From a virus (Duplodnaviria; Caudoviricetes), in IMG/VR virus record IMGVR_UViG_3300021167_000128, positions 16,637 through 80,636 of that record: DNA of 64,000 nt. One strand, 5' to 3'. Shown piece after piece: positions 48,664 to 58,248 of this stretch (positions within the stretch are counted from its first letter, which is position 1; the number at the start of each line of letters is the position of its first letter). The translations under genes and the position numbers were made by a program. A model generated the notes under the pieces. It searched no databases. It was given only the letters and a program-made list of their open reading frames with translations, and was not told where the DNA came from.

Positions 48664-48746
48664 TATATGGTATCTTACGTTGTATCGTATATGATACTTT
48701 GTGTTATATCACATATGATACCTATCGTTATATCACATATGATAAC
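48664..48746. repeat. degenerate 24-bp tandem repeat, about 3.5 copies
   Basis: TATATGGTATCTTACGTTGTATCG / TATATGATACTTTGTGTTATATCA / CATATGATACCTATCGTTATATCA / CATATGATAAC. Confidence 0.75.
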
Positions 48747-48885
48747 TAGCGTCACTACTATATATACACATCTATGGTTATACAGGAAGATACTTATCAC
48801 TATATACGTAAATGTGAATGTAGTAATATAGAACATAAAAGAAAACCCCTGTATTTAACAGGGGTTTAACTGAAGTCAATACATT

Positions 48886-49293
48886 TCAAAAGTAATCACG
48901 TTCAAGAGAGTATGAACCGAATTCAATATATGGAACTTTAATCAGTTTATATACATCCTTCCCGAAAGCATCATATAGTCCTATACCATGCCCCATAGCT
49001 TGCATGGCAGCACAATGCCCAAAGTATTCCATGGTTTCCGGTCTATCTCCATTGCCGATACTTTCAATATCTTCCATCATTTTAGCAATAGATTTAGAGT
49101 TAATCCGCTCAATGTCAAATGCAAGCGTAACGGCAGCATGTGTAGCTGCAGGATCAATCACATCGGGTATTTGATCCATAATTTCATCGCCTAGACTACA
49201 CCCATTCTCTTCCTGTTGTTCTGCCCACGCAGAAGCAAAGAGAGAACGCGATACATAATGTATAAACGAATCAAACTGTTGTTTATCAGCCAT
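48886..49293 (-). CDS. early hypothetical protein
   Basis: 135 aa with RBS; last gene of the leftward early block, followed by an AAACCCCTG/CAGGGGTTT hairpin. Confidence 0.7.
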   Translation of the reverse strand: MADKQQFDSFIHYVSRSLFASAWAEQQEENGCSLGDEIMDQIPDVIDPAATHAAVTLAFDIERINSKSIAKMMEDIESIGNGDRPETMEYFGHCAAMQAMGHGIGLYDAFGKDVYKLIKVPYIEFGSYSLERDYF

Positions 49294-49435
49294 TACATAA
49301 CCCTTTCAATCAATATTATTTCAGTCGCTTTACCCTCACATATTTTGTGAGATCAACAGGCCACGTAGGAATGAATTCAATGCTTAATGTGATGTGAATC
49401 ATATCATACCTCAATGCAAACATTCATTTAAAGCA

Positions 49436-49654
49436 TTAATTATATGCTCTGAATACCCAGAAATTACCGTCTTTTCCGATAGACATAGTTTTACCTGCCT
49501 TTAGAAAATACAGTGTATTTTTAAGTGTTGTATCATCAAATCCGATAATACATTGCATGTATCTTGCTAGTCTTACATGCTTTTGTATTGTACTACAACG
49601 AGTAGATACATGCTCGGGAATACTTATATTTACTTTGTTTTTTGTTATCCACAT
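49436..49654 (-). CDS. early hypothetical protein
   Basis: AAGGGA RBS, 72 aa. Confidence 0.5.
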   Translation of the reverse strand: MWITKNKVNISIPEHVSTRCSTIQKHVRLARYMQCIIGFDDTTLKNTLYFLKAGKTMSIGKDGNFWVFRAYN

Positions 49655-49969
49655 GATGCTTCCCTTTGTTTGCTGCGTTGTTGATCTGATAAATTCATTA
49701 TAGGCTAAATCCCTGGGTTGTACATTAATTTTAATGCATTTAAAACTACTTTCGATAGTTTTAACCTATGACATAGCTAAAAGAAAAGCCCAGGTTTTAC
49801 CCTAGGCTCTTGCAGTGCAACTTAGCATTAAATGCAAGTTTGTTCAATGCCGTATTTATTAAACATAGCATTGAAAACTTGCTCTGTAGATATGTCGTCG
49901 TTTTGTTTCCAGGCTAATTCAATCTGTTTTACCAGTTCGCAAAACTCCTTTAGTTTAGTCTTTGGATAA

Positions 49970-50143
49970 TCATACCTTCTTTTCAATACTTATAAACTTG
50001 ACTTGGTGGATATGTTCGTACTTATTATAAAGATTTAGAATAGCTTCATCTTTTGTTTCCGCTTCAACAGAATCCCGAATGGTGTAAGAGATTCCAATTG
50101 CATTTTTGATGCGCCCGTAGAATTCAATCGTGAATTTATACAT
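49970..50143 (-). CDS. early hypothetical protein
   Basis: MYKFTIEFYGR...; operon packing. Confidence 0.55.
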   Translation of the reverse strand: MYKFTIEFYGRIKNAIGISYTIRDSVEAETKDEAILNLYNKYEHIHQVKFISIEKKV

Positions 50144-50145
50144 AA

Positions 50146-50493
50146 TCAAACCCTTTCCCATTTAATGGCAGCCCGTCCGCGCTTACCTTCAACCTTAATT
50201 GCTTCGCCTTTCCTAATAATCCCTTGCGCCCCGAAATACATAAGGCAATTGTTAGCGTCTGCAAGGCTAACATTGAAATGCTCTGATACAGCTCTGCTAG
50301 TAAGCAAAGGGATATTCTTATACTCTTGTTTGAACTTAGATCTAAGTTCCTTCGTGGTATTCTTTGCAGGTTTGCCATGTTGCGAGGTATGTTCATCGAT
50401 GATTTTTTCAACGAAAGATTCAAGCTTCTGGCGATTAATCTTATGTTCTTTTGCGAAGGATTGAATAGAAAGGGTAACGGAAGGGTTAAGCAT
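50146..50493 (-). CDS. winged-helix protein
   Basis: TSRAVSEHFNVSLADANNCL...GKRGRAAIKW. Confidence 0.6.
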   Translation of the reverse strand: MLNPSVTLSIQSFAKEHKINRQKLESFVEKIIDEHTSQHGKPAKNTTKELRSKFKQEYKNIPLLTSRAVSEHFNVSLADANNCLMYFGAQGIIRKGEAIKVEGKRGRAAIKWERV

Positions 50494-50508
50494 TATTTTA
50501 TTCCTCGA

Positions 50509-50706
50509 TCAAAAGTCAATCAATTCGCCGAATTCATTTTCGACTTCAACGATTACAGTATCCCACATGGTCAAACCTTTATCGATAGCTTCCTTAATAT
50601 CCTTTGCGTGATTTACTGCAACCTTCTTAGTTTTCCATTGGGTTTTACCCTTTACACTAAGATAAGAACCCTCACCATGTCTATTAATTAATAGTACGCT
50701 ATACAT
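50509..50706 (-). CDS. early hypothetical protein
   Basis: Operon packing, RBS. Confidence 0.6.
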   Translation of the reverse strand: MYSVLLINRHGEGSYLSVKGKTQWKTKKVAVNHAKDIKEAIDKGLTMWDTVIVEVENEFGELIDF

Positions 50707-50710
50707 GATT

Positions 50711-51076
50711 TTATTCCTTAATCAAACAAAGGAAAATGGATCGGTTTTCCGGGAGCGAATGATATATAGTGTCTTCTATATAATCACGCAAAAGATGTTT
50801 TCTATTCAGTGATTGCGAATAACTTCCATTGAATTCAAGTGTAAAACTCCGAAGATCTCTAAACAGATAAAATTTAATTGTAAAATCTGCATATCCACAA
50901 TAACACCCATGTTCATTCATACAGTGCCAGGAGTTTCGCGCAATTACTTTTCCGTTTTTCTGGTAGTCAAACTCCCAAGCATAGTCAATACCAGAACTGT
51001 GAGGAAGAATATCCGCAAGATATTCTTTAAGAGAATCAAATTTATCCTCAAGTAATTTAATAGGTGTGTTGAGCAT
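50711..51076 (-). CDS. early hypothetical protein
   Basis: SGIDYAW, WHCMNEHGCYCGYADF. Confidence 0.7.
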   Translation of the reverse strand: MLNTPIKLLEDKFDSLKEYLADILPHSSGIDYAWEFDYQKNGKVIARNSWHCMNEHGCYCGYADFTIKFYLFRDLRSFTLEFNGSYSQSLNRKHLLRDYIEDTIYHSLPENRSIFLCLIKE

Positions 51077-51197
51077 GATGTTAGCCTTGAATTAGTTTAT
51101 TAGTGTCAGATTGAACTTAGTGTTTTCTTGGAGTTAGATAAACCTTAAATTCAAGCCTGCTACATATCTACAGTTTAGCAGGCTTTGTAATTAAAGT

Positions 51198-51482
51198 CTA
51201 GCAGAAATACTGCCCGACGATTACAGAGTTATTATCTTTGAATTTAATCAGGATACCGCTGAAGTAGGACTCAGAGTAATACCCTTGCCAATTAGACAAA
51301 GGGTATGCTGCATTATAGCATACCGTGAATTCATACAAAGCATAATAGCGACCTTTATACTTTACGAACTCTGCTTCATTAAATTCTTCGTCTGAAATCC
51401 AGTCAAAGTTATTCCGCTGTTTCTTCGGCAAGTCGTAGCCATTAAGAATAAATCGAGGGACATTATTAGTCTTGATTTTCAT
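51198..51482 (-). CDS. early hypothetical protein
   Basis: AGGAG RBS; WQGYYSESYFSGILI. Confidence 0.7.
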   Translation of the reverse strand: MKIKTNNVPRFILNGYDLPKKQRNNFDWISDEEFNEAEFVKYKGRYYALYEFTVCYNAAYPLSNWQGYYSESYFSGILIKFKDNNSVIVGQYFC

Positions 51483-51597
51483 GTCAGCTCCTTTGAACTT
51501 TCTTTTTAAAGTACGTTATCAACACAATCATGATAACACAAATCCAGCTAAATAACCATGTTCCAGAAATAATTTTAAGAATTATCATGGCTTACCC

Positions 51598-52179
51598 TTA
51601 AAGATACAGGCCAGTAAGCCAATTTTGATTCTTTCGCATATAGCCTCGATCGTCAATAGTGATATTGTATTCCCTGAAATAGTCCTTCTTTTCCTTCAAG
51701 ATGTTCAAACGGGAAAGGGTTTCGATAATTTCACTTTGTGGCTGCGATCCGTGTCCATATTGCAGGGAAATCACAAAGCTAATCCGTTTCCCTTCAGTAA
51801 GAGGAACAGTCACTCGACATGAGAAGTAAGAATTACCATTTACCTTGTCAAACCATCGATGGATAACAGCGTAGATATTTTGTGCAGGATCGTACAATGC
51901 TGCCATGTCTTCGAGGATACTGTTAAGCGTAAGACTCTGAATGATCCTTCCGGCTTCGGTGATTTCCTGCTGTTTGAATTTCGCAGAGAATTTCTGTCGT
52001 TGTTTCTTAGCTTCATCGTTTGCAAGATCACGAAAGGATTTAATGGGATCGATCCCTTCTAGCATCCGTTTAGCAGCATCGATGCTGCTTTGATACACAT
52101 TAACATCATCTATAACGGAAAGAATAAGGTTGTTTGCTGCAGGAGAAGTAGCGCCGGTTTCAAAGATGTTTTGACTCAT
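51598..52179 (-). CDS. early hypothetical protein
   Basis: ATG 52179 after AAGGA; RWFDKVNGNSYFS, YGHG. Confidence 0.65.
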   Translation of the reverse strand: MSQNIFETGATSPAANNLILSVIDDVNVYQSSIDAAKRMLEGIDPIKSFRDLANDEAKKQRQKFSAKFKQQEITEAGRIIQSLTLNSILEDMAALYDPAQNIYAVIHRWFDKVNGNSYFSCRVTVPLTEGKRISFVISLQYGHGSQPQSEIIETLSRLNILKEKKDYFREYNITIDDRGYMRKNQNWLTGLYL

Positions 52180-52189
52180 GATAATATCC

Positions 52190-52735
52190 TTAGATTTTGA
52201 ATTCTTCAATGAATTCAGCTTCGAATATATCATCCATTATAAACTCAGATTTAATACATTCTGCTGTTTTCAATATAACAGGATCAACTTCATTCGTATT
52301 AAAGTAATCCCTATGGCGCATGCTAGCAATTACTAATGGAGAATACCATTTATGCCAAGAAAACTTTCTTATATAAACAACAGAATCTTTTAGATCGGAT
52401 TCGGGTATAGAATCCGCTATGCCCTGCATGTTTTCACAAGAATAATCATCCGTTACAATACTAGAATCCAAGTTACAAAACAACACATATAATTCACCCT
52501 CGCCCTTTAACGCACATTGCAGAATTGCAGAACAAACAGCTTCCACTTGTAGCATGTCTATTGCCTCTTGCCTCTTGCCATTCACCGGAATAACCCCTAT
52601 GTGTTTTTCTACGCTATACAGATACGAATAGTTGTCCTTATCAGATACCATCCAAGGCCCTGATTGTTTGTCTTTGCCTTGAATAAAACGCTCAAATGAA
52701 CTTTTACACATACCATGTAGATGCGTTACTTTCAT
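52190..52735 (-). CDS. early hypothetical protein
   Basis: MKVTHLHG..., ATG after AAGGAAAG. Confidence 0.65.
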   Translation of the reverse strand: MKVTHLHGMCKSSFERFIQGKDKQSGPWMVSDKDNYSYLYSVEKHIGVIPVNGKRQEAIDMLQVEAVCSAILQCALKGEGELYVLFCNLDSSIVTDDYSCENMQGIADSIPESDLKDSVVYIRKFSWHKWYSPLVIASMRHRDYFNTNEVDPVILKTAECIKSEFIMDDIFEAEFIEEFKI

Positions 52736-53013
52736 GATACTTTCCTTTAGATTTGATACAAGGCAAATATAACAAGAATAAACCACAGGATAAAGAAGCG
52801 AATCATTTTGCTACCCTTTAATTAAATTATACAGAATTTACGGAAACAATCAAGCCCATTTTTGACGTTGTTTATCACGTCGTGCCTGTTGATGCGGTTT
52901 TTCTTTACGATTCTGTTTGTTGGCTTGTGCCATGATACTTCCCTTCGTTTGTTAGACTACAAATTAACTTACTCGAGAGGCTTCATTCTAGCAAAGCCTC
53001 CTTGATAAATCAA

Positions 53014-53178
53014 CTATGTTTCATCGAAATAATCCCACAAATCATCTTCTGTTTCAAAGGATCTAACCGTTACGCTAAACCCTTCACCTTTCGCCCATTC
53101 AACATGCGCGTCTTTATCCTCTTCATCGTGCGCTATATACTCAAGCGCACCGTCGGTAATGATAGCATAGTAGATCAT
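53014..53178 (-). CDS. 54-aa very acidic early protein
   Basis: MIYYAIITDGALEYIAHDEEDKDAHVEWAKGEGFSVTVRSFETEDDLWDYFDET (16 D/E); AGGA RBS; below the track cutoff. Confidence 0.6.
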   Translation of the reverse strand: MIYYAIITDGALEYIAHDEEDKDAHVEWAKGEGFSVTVRSFETEDDLWDYFDET

Positions 53179-53187
53179 TTTGGTATC

Positions 53188-53403
53188 CTAGTTATTTTTT
53201 ACAAAAGACCGCAAGCATTTAACTTGTTTTGCGTGACGTTTAAACGACATACAGCGCCATGCTATCATAATAGTTCCGCGTTTGGTAGCGCCAAGATACT
53301 GGCCTTTTTGGCCGGCGGAGTTTTCAACCCATTGTCCAACCTGGATGCAGCGGAAATCGATGTCTTCGAACTGCTTGCATTGGATAGTTTTCAGGTAAGT
53401 CAT
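53188..53403 (-). CDS. early hypothetical protein
   Basis: IQVGQWV...GQKGQYLG. Confidence 0.65.
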   Translation of the reverse strand: MTYLKTIQCKQFEDIDFRCIQVGQWVENSAGQKGQYLGATKRGTIMIAWRCMSFKRHAKQVKCLRSFVKNN

Positions 53404-53418
53404 GATCTTATCCTTCGG

Positions 53419-53910
53419 TTAAAAATTATTTTCCTCTTGATATTCCCTCTCCTTTTCTGCAACCTTCTCAGCAATGCTATCCGCCGCATGTGCAGCATCG
53501 CGTTCATCATCATAGATGATATATTCAATTTCAGAAATCATACCATCGCCCATGCTCCAACCTGCGAGAAAACCACGATCACGCGGCAGTCTCATTACAA
53601 TACCGCGAATTTTATTATACTGGATATTATCACAATACCAGCCTGTATGCCGAATATGGTTACAGACATTATCGCACCATTGCCATCGGAGCGAAGGCAT
53701 AAAATCACTATCAAGATAAAAACTCTTTCCTTCACATCCAGGCTTTGCACCGTGGATATATTCCCCTACTGTCACAGGATTCCTTCGTGCAAGGCGCTTT
53801 GCGAAGGAGCCTTTTGGCAGGGACCAAAGATGTTTTGGGAATTTAAATCCAGCAAAGCTAAATCCTTCGGATTCACGGAAGTTCGTCAAATCAGAGAGAA
53901 TCGTTTTCAT
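53419..53910 (-). CDS. early hypothetical protein
   Basis: HTGWYCD, RLP..RGFLAGWSMG, AAHAADSIAE. Confidence 0.7.
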   Translation of the reverse strand: MKTILSDLTNFRESEGFSFAGFKFPKHLWSLPKGSFAKRLARRNPVTVGEYIHGAKPGCEGKSFYLDSDFMPSLRWQWCDNVCNHIRHTGWYCDNIQYNKIRGIVMRLPRDRGFLAGWSMGDGMISEIEYIIYDDERDAAHAADSIAEKVAEKEREYQEENNF

Positions 53911-54286
53911 GATGTTTCCTAGTTAGTTCGTTTCGACACCCTGGATTCTACCCAAGATTTAAAATTAATCTAATCAAACATTTTTATACTTAAAATAAAT
54001 TCTGGTTATGCCTGTCCTTTATCAGAACTCACAGCATTGCATATATCCATAGTTCCGATAGACCTATCAGAACGCCCTAGGCTCAATTTAAACACCCAAG
54101 GGTAACCCGACATAGCCTAGCAGGTGAAAAGGCGCTCAAAAGCCGTTTAAACGCTTTCTGGAGCATTCCATGATTATTTGCCTAGATTTAGCAAACCGGC
54201 ACGATCCTTGATGAGAATTATTCTCGATTGACATAAATTTTACACCTGGGTTCATTTGAGCTAACCCATTTAACTCTGAACGTAGT

Positions 54287-54368
54287 AAAACCCATATACC
54301 AAATCTCAGCTATTTACTAACTGAAAAGAGGTATATGGGTTTTTTAATTTTTGTGGTATATGGGTTTT
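54287..54368. repeat. 14-bp element AAAACCCATATACC, one forward and two inverted copies
   Basis: 54287-54300 forward; 54330-54343 and 54355-54368 reverse. Confidence 0.75.
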
Positions 54369-54412
54369 TAATTGCTGATGTAATTCTTATGGTTGTATTT
54401 TTATAATTCAAC

Positions 54413-54646
54413 CTACTCTCCGTCAGCTTTATCAGATTTAATTCGTTCTACTCCACACCGTATGCACTTTGCCTTTGCAACTCCATACTTATCAATAAAC
54501 GTAGCAAATACATGTGATTTATTTAAATAACAAATGAACCATTTATACCAATGTACAATAGCAGAATTTTCACTATCATTGAAAAGATTATGCTTGCAAG
54601 TATCTATGTGGGTTTTTGATTTATTTGATAGTCCATATCGGTTCAT
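54413..54646 (-). CDS. hypothetical protein (CxH...CxxC)
   Basis: CYLNKSH...KCIRCG. Confidence 0.5.
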   Translation of the reverse strand: MNRYGLSNKSKTHIDTCKHNLFNDSENSAIVHWYKWFICYLNKSHVFATFIDKYGVAKAKCIRCGVERIKSDKADGE

Positions 54647-54664
54647 TTGTTATTTTCCTTTTCG

Positions 54665-54883
54665 TTAGTTTTTCCTTCCTAGTTTAGTTAGGAGTTCTGC
54701 TTTGCTTTGTTGCAGTACAAGTAGAATATTTCTATAACTTCTAATACGTGCTTTATTCATTTCAGTAAGCTCTTTACTCTTTAAATTGAGGATTATCTCA
54801 ATAAGCCGTTGTTCCTCTTCTCTATGGCGTTGAATATCAGCATTAAGACCAGATACTTTATTCCAAAAGTAACTTTTAAACAT
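54665..54883 (-). CDS. hypothetical protein
   Basis: RBS, helical 72 aa. Confidence 0.6.
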   Translation of the reverse strand: MFKSYFWNKVSGLNADIQRHREEEQRLIEIILNLKSKELTEMNKARIRSYRNILLVLQQSKAELLTKLGRKN

Positions 54884-54944
54884 AAATTTATAATCCTTTT
54901 GTTTATATCTAAATAACTAAATAACTAAATATAGTAAGTAACAA

Positions 54945-55289
54945 TCACCAAGCTTCATAATGTAATTCATAACCTGCGTGTGCTAAATTATTACACCAAT
55001 CAAAGAATTTTTCTATGTGATCCTCACCATAACTTATAATTCTAGTTGCAATTGGATCTCTTTCTTCAAGTATATCATCTTCTGCATAAACTTTTTCTTC
55101 TACATCCTTAGAAATTGAAATGACCCAATCAATATACGCTTGCATTTTATTAGAAGACTGAATAATTTTATATGTAATCCTGCTTGGAGACTGCCAAATA
55201 AAATTACAATTTATTTCTTGAACTTCAAAACAACCAGTGTTTACTACGAATATATCTCGTTTAGCAATAATATGAAAATTAGTAGACAT
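54945..55289 (-). CDS. hypothetical protein
   Basis: AAGGA RBS, WQSPS..TY. Confidence 0.65.
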   Translation of the reverse strand: MSTNFHIIAKRDIFVVNTGCFEVQEINCNFIWQSPSRITYKIIQSSNKMQAYIDWVISISKDVEEKVYAEDDILEERDPIATRIISYGEDHIEKFFDWCNNLAHAGYELHYEAW

Positions 55290-55516
55290 TATTTATCCTT
55301 CGTAAATTTATTCAATACCTACATCATCCTTATGTTTCCTCTTCCTGTCAATAACTTTCTTCTTGATTACATGCTCTTTCTTGCAAGGAATTGGAGTTCT
55401 ATTAATAGGTTTTATTACAGGAATTCTGGATATTTTCTTAGATTTCTTCATAATATTTCAAAATTCCTCCAAAATTCCTATAAATATTTGGAAATGTTGC
55501 CAACTCCGATTTAACT

Positions 55517-55984
55517 TTAGTCATCTTCCATCTCCTTAATATACTCAGTAAGATCAATATAGGTTGTGTGATATTTAATCATACGCTCAATATCTTTCTC
55601 TCGCAAGCCTTTTAGACGAGTAATATCTAAATTATGCTTCAGGTCTGCAATCTTGATACGTACAGCATCTTTATGTCCTTTTATGGCGTCAATATATTCT
55701 TCGTATTCTTCATGCTGAAGACGGGTCATTGCAATAATACCTGTAATTACCCTATCTGAAAATCCTATTTCTCTTAGAATTTTAGTTCCACCAATAATGT
55801 TTTCAGTATGAATATCTTCTAAGTAATCATGCAACAAAGCGATTTGCTTCAGTTCATCATCATCTGTATTCAAGTTCTGCATAACCTGCAGACAATGCTC
55901 AAAGTATGGACGACCTTGTTTATCAACTTTATTAACAAAAGATTCTGCAGCAAGTTGATAAGCAATAGCAAGCATATTTTTCAT
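55517..55984 (-). CDS. HD-domain phosphohydrolase (SpoT/Mesh1-hydrolase-like)
   Basis: DKQGRPYFEH, ALLHDYLED, RIKIADLKHN. Confidence 0.85.
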   Translation of the reverse strand: MKNMLAIAYQLAAESFVNKVDKQGRPYFEHCLQVMQNLNTDDDELKQIALLHDYLEDIHTENIIGGTKILREIGFSDRVITGIIAMTRLQHEEYEEYIDAIKGHKDAVRIKIADLKHNLDITRLKGLREKDIERMIKYHTTYIDLTEYIKEMEDD

Positions 55985-56182
55985 TTACTTTCCTTTAGGA
56001 ACTGATTGATTAAGTGTAGATGGTACTAGAATTTCAGCAGAAAGGCAAGCCATTTTTGTTGATGCTGTATTGTTGAAGTTAGAAGCAAATTCCTTGCAGG
56101 CTTGTTCCGTAGGGAAAGCCGGACTATAAACCAAAGTAGTACCACTAAGAGCAATCAGAAACCAAGCAATTACGGAAGTCAT
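55985..56182 (-). CDS. small exported/membrane protein with a Cys pair
   Basis: Hydrophobic N-terminus, FPTEQAC...MAC. Confidence 0.6.
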   Translation of the reverse strand: MTSVIAWFLIALSGTTLVYSPAFPTEQACKEFASNFNNTASTKMACLSAEILVPSTLNQSVPKGK

Positions 56183-56247
56183 TTTTAAATCTCCTAAAAT
56201 TTGTAGTTATTTCTAAAATAAGCCTGAAATTAACCAGGACAACATTA

Positions 56248-56496
56248 TTACCAATTATCTTTCATTTGTTCTTTATACTTCTTCCAATCCTCAAGGAGAG
56301 CAAAGGATTTACGTCCAGAATCAAATTGATATTTGCTATGTTCAGAAACAGAATCATCACCTTCCCAGAAGATATGTAGACAATCTTCTTCCATATGAGT
56401 AACAATACCTACATACTTTTTATGTTGATAATAGCATACAACAGTAGATCCAACCTTAAAATCTTCAAAGTTATAGTAATCATTAGACTTAAACAT
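56248..56496 (-). CDS. SH3-like hypothetical protein
   Basis: FKVGSTV...GIVT; ATG 56496 after AAGGAG. Confidence 0.55.
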   Translation of the reverse strand: MFKSNDYYNFEDFKVGSTVVCYYQHKKYVGIVTHMEEDCLHIFWEGDDSVSEHSKYQFDSGRKSFALLEDWKKYKEQMKDNW

Positions 56497-56509
56497 ATAA
56501 TTTACTCCT

Positions 56510-56881
56510 TCAGAGAACTTTAGAATAAAGACTAGGCTTCTTACCCCGAGCACCAGGAACTTCAAGTTTTCCTGCAATAAAAATGATACCTTTTTCTTGA
56601 AGTTGAGTAAAAGCATATTGAATCTTATTCTTATCAAATCCAGTTAGTTCGGACAATTGTAAAACTGTGAATTCAGCATTATCTTCTAGAACATCAATTG
56701 CCTCTTGAACTTTTTGGATGCGTTCTAGTGTTTCAGCAGAGACTTCTCGTCCTTTACGAACAGGATTTTCAAGGATATTTTTACCAGTTAGCTTCATTAC
56801 AAACTCAGCTACATCTTCACTGATTAGGTTGTTATCAGCAATAAACTTTTCAGACAGGGTTTGGATTTCGGAGAATTTCAT
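56510..56881 (-). CDS. winged-helix protein
   Basis: FTVLQLSELTGFDKNKIQYAFTQL.EKG...GARGKKP. Confidence 0.65.
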   Translation of the reverse strand: MKFSEIQTLSEKFIADNNLISEDVAEFVMKLTGKNILENPVRKGREVSAETLERIQKVQEAIDVLEDNAEFTVLQLSELTGFDKNKIQYAFTQLQEKGIIFIAGKLEVPGARGKKPSLYSKVL

Positions 56882-56915
56882 TTTGGTTTCCTTTCATTGT
56901 TTAAGTACATGAGTT

Positions 56916-56945
56916 ATCTTAGATTACAACCATGTCTGTTGTCAA
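56916..56945 (-). promoter_or_regulatory. sigma70-type promoter
   Basis: TTGACA-N18-TAAGAT. Confidence 0.6.
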
Positions 56946-57493
56946 GTAATTTCTACTTCAATATGCTTCCAGCTAGAGTCAATCCAACGAAGGAATGCAT
57001 TCTCTCCAAAAGCATCATCAAGGCTAGGTTCATTCTCAAAAACTTTAAGTTCATTATTTTTAAGAAGAGCAAGGCGATATGTCTTGATTTCAGTTTTGGG
57101 TTTAATCCTAAATTCAATACTATCATTATCAAAGTTTGGACTTTGCTTAAATCCGAACACTGGCACCCAATCTCTATATTCCCTATCACCTGATTTAGTT
57201 TGAATCTCACCACCATTTGCCCAATGAACGATTACATCATAGTTCTTGTGTTTATTTCGCTTTTCCACAACAATACCCCAATCCTTATTGAAACTATTAT
57301 AAAATACAGTTGAACAACCGTAAGCTCTTTCCCAAAAAGCATCTATATAATCTTCATCAGAATTAATATAAGTGACTGTAGCCTGATCAATGTCAGTATC
57401 ATGCATGTACCAGATTTTAGTACCTACTTTAATATCTTCAATCTTACCTTCTTTGCTGAAGGTAGAGAGGTCATAGTTAGTCTTATCAGTCAT
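56942..57493 (-). CDS. hypothetical protein
   Basis: HWANGGEIQ...W...P.F....FRIKP. Confidence 0.65.
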   Translation of the reverse strand: MTDKTNYDLSTFSKEGKIEDIKVGTKIWYMHDTDIDQATVTYINSDEDYIDAFWERAYGCSTVFYNSFNKDWGIVVEKRNKHKNYDVIVHWANGGEIQTKSGDREYRDWVPVFGFKQSPNFDNDSIEFRIKPKTEIKTYRLALLKNNELKVFENEPSLDDAFGENAFLRWIDSSWKHIEVEIT

Positions 57494-57495
57494 GA

Positions 57496-57681
57496 TTAGT
57501 CCTTGATAATATTGTAACTAACGTACAAATCAAAACGATTTTGAGCGGAATAAAAGTCCTTAGCTCTACGATAATGAATAATGAAGTGCTCTGTATTTTC
57601 CTCTACGACTTCAATATTCTCGTTAGCTGCAACAACAGCAGAAGACCAGTTATGCTCTGTCATATCAAATTTAACTTTCAT
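57496..57681 (-). CDS. hypothetical protein
   Basis: Operon packing. Confidence 0.55.
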   Translation of the reverse strand: MKVKFDMTEHNWSSAVVAANENIEVVEENTEHFIIHYRRAKDFYSAQNRFDLYVSYNIIKD

Positions 57682-57683
57682 TT

Positions 57684-58244
57684 CTAAATCCTTCCTTTTG
57701 TCTGATAGAACTTGTGATCTTGAATTATTGTATATTCTTTCTTCTGCTTAGTCCAGCTATTTTTGATTTCCTTCCTTGTGTAGTGCAAGATATTACTTGG
57801 AAATATTGGTCGGAAAGAACCACTAACTGCATTATATGCTAATTCTGAGATTTGTTCAAGAATTTTTTCTTCAGTAGGTTTAGGTTTAATGTTAGGTTTT
57901 CTACCTTGTTTTACGTAAGAAAACTGCTTGGGTTGATTCTCAATCTGACAGTATGTTCTTGGATATGCAGGATGATTTTTCCTATTAATAACAACAGAAA
58001 GAACACCCTTTATTCCACGTTCCCCTTGATTTCTAGCTTCATGCCATAATATAGATTTTAAGCAATTATATTCCTTCATGTCAAATACTTTGGGAGGATT
58101 TTTAGATAATTCGGAATTATTTTCAAAACTATTCATAAAAAAATCCTCTGTCGCATTCAGGGGTTTTACCCAGAGAGCACAACAGAGGATCGTAATTGCT
58201 ATTAATTTAACTATGTATGAAGTGCCGTATATCAGCACTTTCAA
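57684..58244 (-). CDS. SleB-like cell wall hydrolase (Hydrolase_2)
   Basis: CLKSILWHEARNQ, VINR, PKQFS, ILHY, HKFY; N-terminal signal/TM. Confidence 0.85.
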   Translation of the reverse strand: MKVLIYGTSYIVKLIAITILCCALWVKPLNATEDFFMNSFENNSELSKNPPKVFDMKEYNCLKSILWHEARNQGERGIKGVLSVVINRKNHPAYPRTYCQIENQPKQFSYVKQGRKPNIKPKPTEEKILEQISELAYNAVSGSFRPIFPSNILHYTRKEIKNSWTKQKKEYTIIQDHKFYQTKGRI

Positions 58245-58248
58245 ATAC

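Noticed and set aside
48664-48746. CRISPR array
   Set aside because: Contiguous tandem units with no unique spacers; no cas genes
53002-53922. 306-aa + strand ORF
   Set aside because: Antisense to three well-formed minus-strand early genes; no recognisable protein features
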